A program made the translations under genes and the position numbers. Below, piece after piece: positions 37,738 through 47,750 of a DNA stretch of 64,000 nt. The stretch's first letter is position 1. Every line of letters starts with the position of its first letter. Where the stretch lies: positions 88,900-152,899 of the forward strand of contig CADAAN010000001.1 in the NCBI GenBank assembly GCA_902785935.1. Direction: 5' to 3'. The stretch is from an uncultured Pseudomonadota bacterium (GTDB lineage: Bacteria; Pseudomonadota; Alphaproteobacteria; RF32; CAG-239). The notes below the pieces were generated by a model, which was given only the letters and a program-made list of their open reading frames with translations, ran no database searches and was not told the DNA's origin.

Positions 37738-39069
37738 ATGGACCCCTTTTATATCTACTTTTTTAAGTTTATTTTTGTTCTTATCCTTGTTTTGTTTAAT
37801 GCTTTTTTTGTTGTTTCGGAATTTGCGATTGTTAAAATCCGCCGCACAAAGCTTGAAGAATTGGTCGGCAATGGTAATAAACGCGCCGCAATCGCCTTAA
37901 AAATCACAGAGCATCTTGATAGTTATTTAAGTGCTATTCAGCTCGGTATTACATTGGCTTCATTAGGTTTAGGTTGGGTTGGTGAGCCGGCTGTTGCTAA
38001 GCTTTTTGAAGATTTAATGGGCGGCTTATTTCAAGACAACCCGATTTTGCTTCATTCGGTCAGTTTCGGTGTTGCGTTCGGTTTAATCACCCTTTTGCAC
38101 GTTGTTTTAGGTGAGTTGATTCCTAAGTCACTTGCCATTCAAAAGACAGAAGCATTTGTGCTTCATATTGCTTATCCGCTTTATACATTTAAGCGCATTT
38201 TTTACCCGTTTATTTGGATTTTAGATACCTTAACGCTCAAAATTTTGCACTTAATGGGGGTTGAGCCGGCTAAAGAAGAAGATATGGCGCACTCGGAAGA
38301 GGAAATTAAACTTATTGTTAATGCTTCTCAAAAAGGCGGTGTGATTGATGATACGGAACGCGATATTATCCAAAACGCCATCAGTTTTTCAGAAATTTTT
38401 GCTCATGAGGTGATGATTCCCCGTCAGGATATGCAGTGTTTGTACCTTGATGACAATTTTGACGATGTGATGAGCTTGGTCAAACGCACAAAGCATACGC
38501 GTTATCCTCTTTGCAACAAAGATAAAGACAATATTGTGGGTATGATTCATATCCGCGATTTACTGGAACATGCACAGGAAAATCTTGAAAAAGGACGTCT
38601 TAACAAAATTGCAAGACAGATTTTGTTTGTGCCTGAAAATCAATCAATTTCGGAGGTTTTGCACCTGATGATGCGTAAACATACACATGTTGCCGTCGTT
38701 GTGGATGAATACGGCGGGACGGCAGGTATGCTTTCAATGGAAGATATTTTAGAAGAACTTGTCGGCGAAATTATGGATGAACATGATATCAATGAGGTTG
38801 AAGAAATTCATAAAATCAATGACTGTATTTGTGAATTTGACGGTAAGGTTTTGGTTGAAGACGCTTATGACTGTATGTGTCTGCCACATTGTGAGCGTGA
38901 GGAAAGCACCATCGGCGGTTATGTTTTTACGCTTTTGGGTCGTGCACCGAAAATCGGTGATAAAGTTGAGGACGAATATTGCATTTATGAGGTTGTTTCT
39001 GCCGGAAAAATGCGTGTTAAACGTGTCAAAATGACCTTAAAAGAACAACAAAAAGATGACGAAGAGTAA
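37738..39069 (+). CDS. HlyC/CorC-family transporter (DUF21 + CBS pair + CorC_HlyC domain; TlyC-like)
   Basis: 443 aa; N-terminal 4-TM DUF21, two CBS domains, C-terminal transporter-associated domain. Confidence 0.85.
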   Translation: MDPFYIYFFKFIFVLILVLFNAFFVVSEFAIVKIRRTKLEELVGNGNKRAAIALKITEHLDSYLSAIQLGITLASLGLGWVGEPAVAKLFEDLMGGLFQDNPILLHSVSFGVAFGLITLLHVVLGELIPKSLAIQKTEAFVLHIAYPLYTFKRIFYPFIWILDTLTLKILHLMGVEPAKEEDMAHSEEEIKLIVNASQKGGVIDDTERDIIQNAISFSEIFAHEVMIPRQDMQCLYLDDNFDDVMSLVKRTKHTRYPLCNKDKDNIVGMIHIRDLLEHAQENLEKGRLNKIARQILFVPENQSISEVLHLMMRKHTHVAVVVDEYGGTAGMLSMEDILEELVGEIMDEHDINEVEEIHKINDCICEFDGKVLVEDAYDCMCLPHCEREESTIGGYVFTLLGRAPKIGDKVEDEYCIYEVVSAGKMRVKRVKMTLKEQQKDDEE

Positions 39070-39108
39070 TTAAAAAAAAACTTAAACTTGTGACGGTATT
39101 TTTCAAAC

Positions 39109-40113
39109 GTGTCAAAAACTTTTTCAAAAGCACTTCTTGATTGGTATGCTCGTTTCGGGCGCGATTTACCGTGGCGTTTTAAGGGCGGAGCGCACCCAAA
39201 TCCTTATATCGTACTTGTTTCAGAATTAATGCTTCAGCAAACAACGGTCAAAACAGTGCTTTCATATTTTGATAAATTTATCAAGCGCTTTCCTGATGTT
39301 CAAAGTTTGGCGTCAGCACCGTTGGAAGAAGTTTATTTATATTGGCAGGGCCTTGGTTATTATACGCGTGCAAAATCGCTGCATCAAAGTGCTCAAATCA
39401 TTGTTTCAGATTTTAATGGTGTTTTTCCAAGCAAAAAAGAAGATGTTTTAAGACTCAAAGGTTTCGGTGCATATACCGTTTCAAGTTTTTTGGCTTTTGC
39501 TTTCAATGCCCCTCAAACGGTTGTTGACGGTAATGTTATACGCATTATGGCGCGGCTTTACCATTTAACTGACCCTGTTGATGAGATTATGCAAGACGTT
39601 ATACAAAAAGCGCAAAATCTAACCGATACACAAAATGCGGCGGATTATGCCTCCGCAATTATGGATTTAGGCGCAACGATTTGTACTAAAAAAAATCCGC
39701 TTTGCAATCAATGTCCGGTTAGTGATTTTTGTCTTTCAAAAAATCTTGACGACAAGGAGCAAATTCCGTTAAAGAAAAAAATACTCAAAAAAGATTTTAA
39801 CGGATATGTTTATGTCATTAAAAACAAAAAAGGTGAAATTTTAATCAGAAAAAGGACTGAAAAAGGTCTTCTTTCCGGACTTTATGAATTTTTATGGAGC
39901 GAAAACAAGCTTTTTAACAACGCTTTTGAAACCGACCTGTATGTATCGCACGTCTTTACGCACATCAATATGAAGTTAAAAATTTGCACTTTAACAACTC
40001 AAAAGACACCTTCAGACGGTTTTTTTGTAAAGCCTGAAGATTTGAAAAAATATGCCTTTTCAACTTTAATGCAAAAAGTGATTAAAAAATCAGAATTTTT
40101 TATCTGTACCTGA
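39109..40113 (+). CDS. mutY: A/G-specific adenine DNA glycosylase
   Basis: HhH-GPD fold, 4Fe-4S cluster Cys motif (C.NQC.VSDFC), C-terminal NUDIX-like domain. Confidence 0.85.
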   Translation: MSKTFSKALLDWYARFGRDLPWRFKGGAHPNPYIVLVSELMLQQTTVKTVLSYFDKFIKRFPDVQSLASAPLEEVYLYWQGLGYYTRAKSLHQSAQIIVSDFNGVFPSKKEDVLRLKGFGAYTVSSFLAFAFNAPQTVVDGNVIRIMARLYHLTDPVDEIMQDVIQKAQNLTDTQNAADYASAIMDLGATICTKKNPLCNQCPVSDFCLSKNLDDKEQIPLKKKILKKDFNGYVYVIKNKKGEILIRKRTEKGLLSGLYEFLWSENKLFNNAFETDLYVSHVFTHINMKLKICTLTTQKTPSDGFFVKPEDLKKYAFSTLMQKVIKKSEFFICT

Positions 40114-40681
40114 TAGAAAAAGTATTGACCTCTCCGCTGGCATTTTCAGCTTCTTTTATGGTATAAATACGTTTTCCTTTATAATAAAAATTTGCTACAC
40201 TTTTCATTTTTTTTGTGTGTAAAAAATTTGTTTTGCATTGCTCTAAATCTCCATAACAGTTGATTTTGATATTCGGGCTGTCGCTAAAATCATCTTGATC
40301 AGCCCATACAGTTGTATCATGCATCGTTACACTTTGTAAGCCATGAATCTCATCAAACGCAGCAGTATCAACATATTGCACACTTTTTGAAAGTTCAATT
40401 GTTTCGATATGATAACAGTTAAAAAATGCGTTATACCCGACATTTGTTATTCCGTCATCAATAACAACTTTTTTGATATACCCTTTATAATCAGCCCATG
40501 GTAAATGAAATCTTTCATATTCATCATTATAACCTCTCATTTCACCATTTCCTTCAACACGCATTATACCGCTTTCGGTATCAAGTGTGGCCGTACACTG
40601 CTCCCCGCATTCATAAGTCTTTATTTCTGCCTTTGCACTAAAGCTTAAAAATAAGCTCAAAATCAAAACATATTTTTTCAT
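40100..40681 (-). CDS. secreted BspA-type LRR protein with KIRYR C-terminal tail
   Basis: Signal peptide MKKYVLILSLFLSFSAKA; LRR motifs (ITNVGYNAFFNCYHIETIELSKSVQYVDTAAFDE); C-terminus KRIYTIKEAENASGEVNTFSIRYR. Confidence 0.75.
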   Translation of the reverse strand: MKKYVLILSLFLSFSAKAEIKTYECGEQCTATLDTESGIMRVEGNGEMRGYNDEYERFHLPWADYKGYIKKVVIDDGITNVGYNAFFNCYHIETIELSKSVQYVDTAAFDEIHGLQSVTMHDTTVWADQDDFSDSPNIKINCYGDLEQCKTNFLHTKKMKSVANFYYKGKRIYTIKEAENASGEVNTFSIRYR

Positions 40682-41011
40682 AAGTTTTCTCCTTATTATG
40701 TAAAGTCACAAAAAATCACTTTGAAATAAAAATCCAAAGTGGAGGAGCTAGTAAACTGTCATCGTACAGTTTTTCTTATTCGTCACTAAATAGTGCTTAT
40801 CTCGAAAACTCCTCATTAAAGGAGTTGCACGATGAATGTGTTTACTAAACACCGCAACCATTTTGGTTACGCCCCAATTATCTCACAATAAAATTTGAAA
40901 GTCAAATAAAATTCTTATTTTTACTAAAAAAACAAAAAAATAATTGAAAAATAAAGATAGTTGAGTAAAATTATTTTGAGTTTTTTTGTTTTTATTTACA
41001 GGAGAAGTTTC

Positions 41012-41371
41012 ATGAAAAAAATATTTTTAACTGCAATTTTTGCATCTTTATTTACAACAGCATCTTATGCTCAGTTCACCGGCGGATTTGAAGGACCGAC
41101 AGCCGGCAGTGACAATATAATGACCGTTAAACAGGCTTTAGATTTAAGCGATAATTCAAGAGTTGTTCTAAAAGGTCGTATTATCAACAGTTTAGGTGAT
41201 GAAAAATATACTTTTACAGATGGTACCGCTGAAGTTATTATTGAAATTGATGATGAAGATTGGGGTGGAAGAAAAGTTACACCTCAGGATACGATTGAAA
41301 TTTTCGGTGAATTGGATAAAGAAATGTTTGAACCGACAAAGATCGAAGTCGATTCGTTTAATATCAAATAA
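41012..41371 (+). CDS. BOF (YgiW/YdeI) family OB-fold periplasmic protein
   Basis: Start at MKKIFLTAIFASLFTTASYA with GGAGA RBS; YgiW-like core (VVLKGRIINSLGDEKYTFTDGTAEVIIEIDDEDW). Confidence 0.7.
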   Translation: MKKIFLTAIFASLFTTASYAQFTGGFEGPTAGSDNIMTVKQALDLSDNSRVVLKGRIINSLGDEKYTFTDGTAEVIIEIDDEDWGGRKVTPQDTIEIFGELDKEMFEPTKIEVDSFNIK

Positions 41372-41443
41372 AGTGCTTTTTTGATTCAGATAAAAAAATC
41401 GCCCCATTATTTTGAGGCGGTTTTTTTTATTTTGTAACATTTA

Positions 41444-42925
41444 TCAGTTACAGCGATTTTCTTCAGTTGTTGTTTCTGCCGTAAATGTCAATGTCTTTTT
41501 CTCATCAGCATTTAATAAAATACGCCATTGATATATATTCGCGTTTTTATCCGAATAAGCGCCTTTTGAGCTTTCGTTTAAGATTTTTGTTTGCGCATGA
41601 AGCGGTTGATAAAAGACGATATCTGCTTTTTTATCACCGCCGTTATGAAAATCGACAACACTTCTGTACTGGCGCACAATTTTATAACGAGGGCATTTAC
41701 CATCTTTATCTTTTAAAACCTCATCTCGGATTTTTTTAACTTCAGCGACTTTACCGCTCACAAACACGTCAAACATCTGACCTAAACGAAGCTCCGTCTT
41801 TTCGCCTTTTGCTGTTTGAGATATGCTGTTTTCGCCGATAAATTGAAGATTGCCTTTCGAGTCCTTTTCATAAAAACGAATAATACCCTGCGGCAGAGCA
41901 ATACCCAAATTCGATTCTTTATCGTTTGTAATGATATAATAAATATCGGGATGTATTTTTTCAAAATTTGAGGCATAATCTCCGCTAAAATAAAGACCGG
42001 AATTGATGCGTCCCTCTTTTTGGTAAGAAACGTCAAATTGCTCAATTAAAGAAAGCTGTTTTGTTTGGTTGTCATCAATATCGGTTCTGTTTGGCAGATT
42101 ATAAAGCTGATAAGCACTAAAACTTTCTGGCAAGACAGATGCATTTTCGGCTACTGCCATATCTGCCACACCAAGTGCTGCAGTTTTAAGCATCATGACG
42201 TTGCGCGGCGCGATGCCGTAAGTTTTAACCTCATTGACATTGCCCGCAATCAGCTGAACAGATGCATTTTGATAGCTGATGCCTGAATTGTTCGTGATGC
42301 TGACCCAGCCTGTTAAATCAAGCATTTTTTCATCTTTAATATCCGCAACATAATTTGTTTTCCACGAAAGACCGTTTGTTAAATAAGCAATCATTAAATC
42401 TTTCAAGGTCTCTTTCGGGCTTGAAATTTTTGCCGCAAGGGTTGGTTTTTGATTAAGGTTTTGCGGCAGATTTTCAAAAACAAGGCGGCCGTCGAAATTT
42501 GTTTCAATCCCATAATCAAACTTTAAGACCGGTGCACCGTTTTGAAAACTGAGTATTGTTGCGTTGTCAAAAATATTTTCACCCGTTTGAGGGTTGGTGC
42601 GAACGGTTTTGACTTTTTGGCCGACGGATTTTTCGGCAATATTATAAGCCGTCAATAAGGCGTAATCATAATTTTGCTCCAAAACGCGTATATCATCTGC
42701 CTCAATCATAACACTTTCAGGCTTGATATTTGAGGCAACGCCTTCAAACGATATCAGATTGATGCCTTTTTTGAAATTTACCTCACGAATATCTCTTATC
42801 AAAGCCAAGTCATTGTTATAAATTGTCATTGAGATATCTTTTGACTTGGGTTTTTCAATCGTTTGTGCCTGAATATCAAATGTTAAAAGGGCAAGGATAA
42901 GTGTTAAAAGTTGTTTTTTTATCAT
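41444..42925 (-). CDS. DUF4139-domain protein (secreted)
   Basis: 493 aa with signal peptide; domain architecture consistent with the DUF4140/DUF4139 family. Confidence 0.6.
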   Translation of the reverse strand: MIKKQLLTLILALLTFDIQAQTIEKPKSKDISMTIYNNDLALIRDIREVNFKKGINLISFEGVASNIKPESVMIEADDIRVLEQNYDYALLTAYNIAEKSVGQKVKTVRTNPQTGENIFDNATILSFQNGAPVLKFDYGIETNFDGRLVFENLPQNLNQKPTLAAKISSPKETLKDLMIAYLTNGLSWKTNYVADIKDEKMLDLTGWVSITNNSGISYQNASVQLIAGNVNEVKTYGIAPRNVMMLKTAALGVADMAVAENASVLPESFSAYQLYNLPNRTDIDDNQTKQLSLIEQFDVSYQKEGRINSGLYFSGDYASNFEKIHPDIYYIITNDKESNLGIALPQGIIRFYEKDSKGNLQFIGENSISQTAKGEKTELRLGQMFDVFVSGKVAEVKKIRDEVLKDKDGKCPRYKIVRQYRSVVDFHNGGDKKADIVFYQPLHAQTKILNESSKGAYSDKNANIYQWRILLNADEKKTLTFTAETTTEENRCN

Positions 42926-43076
42926 TCTTCATCTCCTTTACTGATTATTTTGTCCTTAAAATAAGCCATTTATAATAAAATCGCAAGAGATTTTAAAAAA
43001 AACTTATTGACAAGCAAAAAAAAATATGTATATTGCACTCAAATGTTTTATCAACCTTTTATGAGAGAATATAAAA

Positions 43077-43244
43077 ATGGCAAAAGCAGTAAAAGTTAAA
43101 GTTAAGTTAGAGAGCAGTGCCGGTACGGGTACATTCTATCTTGCTGAGAAGAATCCGAGAACTCATCCTGAAAAATTGGTTTTGAAGAAATATGATAAAA
43201 AATCAAAAAAACATGAAGAGTTCGTTGAAAAGAAATTGAAGTAA
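43077..43244 (+). CDS. rpmG: 50S ribosomal protein L33
   Basis: 55-aa ORF below the ORF-track size cutoff: MAKAVKVKVKLESSAGTGTFYLAEKNPRTHPEKLVLKKYDKKSKKHEEFVEKKLK, matches the L33 consensus (KL.SSAGTG.FY...KN.R..PEKL.L.KYDP). Confidence 0.85.
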   Translation: MAKAVKVKVKLESSAGTGTFYLAEKNPRTHPEKLVLKKYDKKSKKHEEFVEKKLK

Positions 43245-43271
43245 TTCTTTTTGTTCGGCACAAGATTGAAA

Positions 43272-43298
43272 AGCCTCTCAAAGCGAGAGGTTTTTTTT
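43272..43298. terminator. bidirectional intrinsic terminator between rpmG and xerC/D
   Basis: cctctc-aaagc-gagagg hairpin flanked by an A-run upstream and T8 downstream. Confidence 0.65.
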
Positions 43299-43304
43299 GT
43301 GGCA

Positions 43305-44270
43305 TTACTTGTCTGGTTTGTTCTCATTGTTTGATGCTGGGTACGCCTTATTGTATTCTTTTTGCAAGGTATCGAGAGAAACATTTGTATATCGTTCGGT
43401 TGTTGACAGCGATTCGTGACCCAAAAGTTCTTGAATAGCACGCAAATCGCAACCCTCATTTAAAAGATGTGTTGCAAAAGAATGCCTGAGCGTATGGGGC
43501 GTGACGCTGTCAGCAAGTCCGACAACTGCACGTATTTTTTGCATTTGGCGCTGAATAATCCGCGCGAGCAATCTTTCTCCTCTGGCACCGACAAAAAGCG
43601 GATCACCTGTTTTAAGAGGATAAGGTACTTTATCAAGATAAGCTTGAACGGCCTTGATGCTAATCGGCAAAAGTGGTACAAGACGCTCTTTTTTGCCTTT
43701 GCCTTTAATCATCAATGCGTTTTGACCTTCTTTGATATCGCCGATATTGAGGTTTAAGGCCTCTGAAATGCGCAAGCCCGAACCGTAAAGCAATATCATC
43801 ACCGCTTTATCGCGCAGACCCTGCCAATCAGACTTTGCAAAATCTGTGACTTGATCCAAAAGTTCAAATGCATCGGGAGCATCAATGGCTTTTGGCAGTG
43901 TTTTGTCTTTTTTAGGGCCTGAAATAATCGAAATGGCGTCGTTTTTAATGCCGTGCTTTTTATAAAGCCAGTTAAAAAAATTTTTTATCGCCGACAATTC
44001 ACGCGCAAGCGATGATTTTGAAATATTCAAAGAAGCCCGTGAACGGATATAACGCCTGAAGTCGTGTATTTCCATTTTTTCTAAAAAAGCAATGTCAATA
44101 TTCTTAAAAAAATTGATAAAAAAAGATAAATCGCGCATATAGGCATCAAGCGTGTGCACGCTGTAACGGCGCTCTTTTTCAAGCCAGTCCTTCCACGACA
44201 AAATCAAATCTTGAATTTCGGCCGGCGCATGAAATTTGATATCTTCTTTCATGACAGGCATCATACGCAA
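43305..44270 (-). CDS. site-specific tyrosine recombinase XerC/XerD
   Basis: 321 aa; conserved R..H..R..HS..ATH box (TLRHSFATHLL) and catalytic Tyr (ERYTN). Confidence 0.85.
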   Translation of the reverse strand: MRMMPVMKEDIKFHAPAEIQDLILSWKDWLEKERRYSVHTLDAYMRDLSFFINFFKNIDIAFLEKMEIHDFRRYIRSRASLNISKSSLARELSAIKNFFNWLYKKHGIKNDAISIISGPKKDKTLPKAIDAPDAFELLDQVTDFAKSDWQGLRDKAVMILLYGSGLRISEALNLNIGDIKEGQNALMIKGKGKKERLVPLLPISIKAVQAYLDKVPYPLKTGDPLFVGARGERLLARIIQRQMQKIRAVVGLADSVTPHTLRHSFATHLLNEGCDLRAIQELLGHESLSTTERYTNVSLDTLQKEYNKAYPASNNENKPDK

Positions 44271-44315
44271 AATTTGTTAAATAATGATAAAAAAATTGTT
44301 TTTTGTATTTGACAT

Positions 44316-44528
44316 TTGTTTTGTTATTGTGATGAAATCTTAAAAAGTCATGGTATATCAAGTTACAGCCTCACAGCTGCGCCATATACCGAAAAATATG
44401 ATGATGGGAGTGTCGGGATATTCAAAGACGGTAAACTACTTTCTTTAACAGGCAAGCGCATTTATACCATTGATGAGGCCAATGCCGTCGCAGGTAAGAC
44501 AAATTCGGTCAAAATCAGATATCGATAA
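44316..44528 (+). pseudogene. remnant carrying only the conserved KIRYR tail of the LRR family
   Basis: 70-aa ORF with no signal peptide or LRR body, ending GKRIYTIDEANAVAGKTNSVKIRYR; the 3' ~70 nt are nearly identical to the 3' end of the gene ending at 32913. Confidence 0.45.
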
Positions 44529-44553
44529 AAATCTTGCAAAATCCGTCTTATAT

Positions 44554-45093
44554 TTACTCTGTCGGGTTTTGTTTTTCCCGCTCTCTTTTTAAGGCTCGAT
44601 AAAGTTCCGGACGCATAAATTTTCCGCGCCAAATACCTTTTTTTGCCTTTTTTGCGCGTTTTTCAATTTTTTGATAAGCCTCATTTCGATAAGCAATCGC
44701 ATAACCGGCTTTGAGCATCTCAATATTAAGATTTAAATTTTCGATATGACAAACACTCAAATCGCGTTTATAGCGATCAACATCTTTAACGTCGCATTTG
44801 ACCTTAAAGCCCTGAGATATGCCTTCATCAATCATTTTTTTAAGATAATCTTTGGCATCCTGACCGCAAAAATAAGATTTACCGGTTTCATCAAAACATT
44901 CTTGAAAAAGCTCAGGCGTATCAATACCGATAAGCCTGATTCGCCGTGTACCGATTTCCAAACTGTCGCCGTCAACAACCTTAACCTCAGTTGAAGCAAG
45001 GGTTTCGGCCGTCAACTCGGCAATTAAAACAGCAATGATCAAAAAAATCAATTTTTTCATAAAGGGCAATATATCATTAAATATTTTTTTCAC
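44554..45093 (-). CDS. secreted thermonuclease (SNase-like), second copy in window
   Basis: Signal peptide (start may be the internal MKKLIFLIIAV); SNase motifs VVDGDSLEIGTRRIRLIGIDTPE. Confidence 0.7.
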   Translation of the reverse strand: MKKIFNDILPFMKKLIFLIIAVLIAELTAETLASTEVKVVDGDSLEIGTRRIRLIGIDTPELFQECFDETGKSYFCGQDAKDYLKKMIDEGISQGFKVKCDVKDVDRYKRDLSVCHIENLNLNIEMLKAGYAIAYRNEAYQKIEKRAKKAKKGIWRGKFMRPELYRALKREREKQNPTE

Positions 45094-45178
45094 AAGCTTT
45101 ATTTTTGTTTACGATTCGTTCATATTATCACGATATAATCACAACATATTTTAGGTTTAACCTTGCAAGGAAAAAATC

Positions 45179-46432
45179 GTGATTAAACATATTCACAGTA
45201 CTTTGGCAGTTGCGGTCTGTGCCTTTTTAGGCGCTTGCCACACATCGCCTTCAGAACCCGTTTTGCGTGCGCAGGAATTTCAGCCGCAAATGACTTATCC
45301 TTCATCGGTCGTCGTTTGTCGCTCAAAACAGTGTGCACCGGCAAAACTTTCTATGTCAAAAGAATACATTTATAATTCTTTGACACATCTTTTAGAACAA
45401 AACGTGCATGAAAAAGCGCTTGTTTGCCAAGCCGATCCGTTTACACACGTTTGTACGGAAGATTATGTCACCTTGCCGATTACGGTGGGTGTAACGCCGG
45501 CAAATTTATATATTGATGATGTTGAAATGACGGATGTTTCTGTCGGACTTAGTCGTCGTTCTATCGATTTGATCCTAAATTACGGTATTTCGTATAATGG
45601 TCAAACGCCGACTTGCAAACCGGCCAAAACACTCGTGTACGTCAAAAATACGCAAAATATTGTTTTGGAAGATGCCGGTTATACCTGCAAAATGACAACC
45701 ATCGGCAATACGGCCATCAAAACTTTGTTTGCCATTGATTATATCGATTTGGATTATGGATTTATCGGCGGATATTATTCCATCGGTTTATCCGGACCGG
45801 CATATGGCGGCAGAACAGGGTATATGATGTTTAAGTTTAAAAATGATGCATATCCGCTTTCGCCTGATTTGATTTTAGATGAGCCTTGGCCTGATTCACA
45901 AAAAGATGCTTTAAAGAAAAAAGAAGCAGAGTTAAAACAAAAAGAAGCTGAACTTAAAAAGCAAGATGAAGACTTAAAGGCAAGAGATGAGGCCATAAAG
46001 CAAAAAGAAGCTCTTATCGGTCAGGCCATTATGGATGAACAGGGTGAGCCTGTATATGAATTTACGGATGCAACGCTTTTTGAAGGAGCAGAATGTTATT
46101 CTACCGTCTTAGAGCCGATGCCTTGTTATGAAACATGGCCTTGTTATGAAGAGCCTGCCATCGGTAAGGTGATTTGTCCGGAACCGAAAGCCGAAACATT
46201 CACCATTATTCAAGATGACGGTACAAAAATCGAGCGCTCAAAGGGTGTGATTACGCCAAAGGCAGTTAAAAACGTCAAAGAAAAAGAAGCTGTCAATACA
46301 AAAGATGTCGCACCAAGTAAGTCCGAATCGACGACAATGTCCGTTTATGAGCCTTCCGTTTCACAAGATATGAAAGGAACGCAATATAATGGCGTTGAGG
46401 TCTTTCCGATTTATCAAAAAAAGAAAAAATAA
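45179..46432 (+). CDS. hypothetical lipoprotein with central KE-rich coiled coil
   Basis: Lipobox FLGAC; coiled-coil segment KKKEAELKQKEAELKKQDEDLKARDEAIKQKEA. Confidence 0.55.
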   Translation: MIKHIHSTLAVAVCAFLGACHTSPSEPVLRAQEFQPQMTYPSSVVVCRSKQCAPAKLSMSKEYIYNSLTHLLEQNVHEKALVCQADPFTHVCTEDYVTLPITVGVTPANLYIDDVEMTDVSVGLSRRSIDLILNYGISYNGQTPTCKPAKTLVYVKNTQNIVLEDAGYTCKMTTIGNTAIKTLFAIDYIDLDYGFIGGYYSIGLSGPAYGGRTGYMMFKFKNDAYPLSPDLILDEPWPDSQKDALKKKEAELKQKEAELKKQDEDLKARDEAIKQKEALIGQAIMDEQGEPVYEFTDATLFEGAECYSTVLEPMPCYETWPCYEEPAIGKVICPEPKAETFTIIQDDGTKIERSKGVITPKAVKNVKEKEAVNTKDVAPSKSESTTMSVYEPSVSQDMKGTQYNGVEVFPIYQKKKK

Positions 46433-46569
46433 CTTTTTAAAGCGTACAAAAACCTTAAAAAAGTCTCGCAGAACCGATGCGGGACTTTTTTCTTGTAAAC
46501 AAAGGACACAAAAATCGCCTCTTGCAAAATTTTATAAAATCAGCTATAAAAAATACCGAGGAATTAAAA

Positions 46570-47073
46570 ATGGCTCAAGATGATATCAAGTTAAAAAAAG
46601 CGTATTCACCGCAATCAAGGTTTAAAAACCAAAATGTTGAACCTGAATTTTGGCGTCATAAAAAGCTTGAAGAAATGAATAAAACGGAATGGGAACTTTT
46701 GTGTGACGGGTGCGGTAAATGTTGCCTCAATAAGCTTGAATATAAAGGCAAAATTTATTTTACAAATGCGCATTGCCGTTTTTTAAACCCTAAAAATTGT
46801 CTGTGCCGTATTTATCAAAACAGATTTGAAGTTGTTAAGGATTGTCGCGATATTGACTTAAAAGCCATCAGAGAAAAGCCGAGATGGCTGCCTAAAACGT
46901 GTGCTTATCTGCTTATTGATGAGGGTAATGATTTGCCCCCTTGGCATCCTTTAATCACGGGTAAAGCATCTTCTGTTTTTGATGCCGGCGTATCACTTAA
47001 AAACCGACCCGTTATCAGCGAATCAGAGGTTAAAGATTATGAAGATCACATTGTTGACTGGCAAGACCTTTGA
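46570..47073 (+). CDS. ycgN: YcgN-family (UPF0260) Cys-rich protein
   Basis: Start moved to MAQDDIKL; conserved LCDGCGKCCLNKL ... C.C motif and C-terminal WHPLITGK, matching YcgN. Confidence 0.65.
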   Translation: MAQDDIKLKKAYSPQSRFKNQNVEPEFWRHKKLEEMNKTEWELLCDGCGKCCLNKLEYKGKIYFTNAHCRFLNPKNCLCRIYQNRFEVVKDCRDIDLKAIREKPRWLPKTCAYLLIDEGNDLPPWHPLITGKASSVFDAGVSLKNRPVISESEVKDYEDHIVDWQDL

Positions 47074-47746
47074 CATAGAAAATACCTTTGATTTTCCGCT
47101 TATAATCAAATCATCGTTAAGAATAAAGCGTATGAGTTTACGCATTGATCATAAGTGCCGTGAGGTTATTTGTTCCGTACCGAAATTTTGTTCAAAGAAA
47201 AGAATAGTTGAATTTATCAACACATATCTTGATTGGATTGAAGAAAAATTGAGCAATTTGCCTGCTGTCAAAGATTTTGAGGACGGAGAACATATTAGCC
47301 TTTTCGGTAAGTCTGTTGTTATTTGTCATCAAGACGATTTCGGTGCGCCAAAACTTATTGAAGATAAGCTTTTTGTTGGTGGGGATAAAGCTTTTTTGCA
47401 CCGAAGAGTTAAAGATTTTATCAAACGTGAGGCAAAAAAAGAGTTTTTTCGCCGCTCTCAAATCCTTGCGGATAAACTTCAAGTCAAGCTTTCGGGTGTG
47501 ACAATTAAAGATACAAAATCACGCTATGGAAGCTGTTCAACTCTAAAACACATCAACTATAACTGGCGCATTGCTTTGGCACCCGATATGGTGATTGATT
47601 ATTTGATGGCTCACGAGGTTGCGCATTTAAAGCATCAAAATCATTCGTCCGCTTTTTGGCAGACCGTCAGGCTTTTGGATGTTAACTGCGATGAGGGAAA
47701 GTCATGGCTTTCGGTTCATGGCAACGAACTTTTTCTTTATAGATAA
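47039..47746 (+). CDS. M48-like metal-dependent hydrolase (YgjP/DUF45 family, HExxH)
   Basis: Start at internal MKITLLTGK; HEVAHLKHQNHS zinc motif near the C-terminus. Confidence 0.65.
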   Translation: MKITLLTGKTFDIENTFDFPLIIKSSLRIKRMSLRIDHKCREVICSVPKFCSKKRIVEFINTYLDWIEEKLSNLPAVKDFEDGEHISLFGKSVVICHQDDFGAPKLIEDKLFVGGDKAFLHRRVKDFIKREAKKEFFRRSQILADKLQVKLSGVTIKDTKSRYGSCSTLKHINYNWRIALAPDMVIDYLMAHEVAHLKHQNHSSAFWQTVRLLDVNCDEGKSWLSVHGNELFLYR

Positions 47747-47750
47747 AAAA

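Noticed and set aside
46389-46583. 64-aa basic ORF between the lipoprotein gene and ycgN
   Set aside because: It overlaps the upstream in-frame extension of ycgN, has lysine/arginine-rich low-complexity translation from an A-rich intergenic region, and no RBS.
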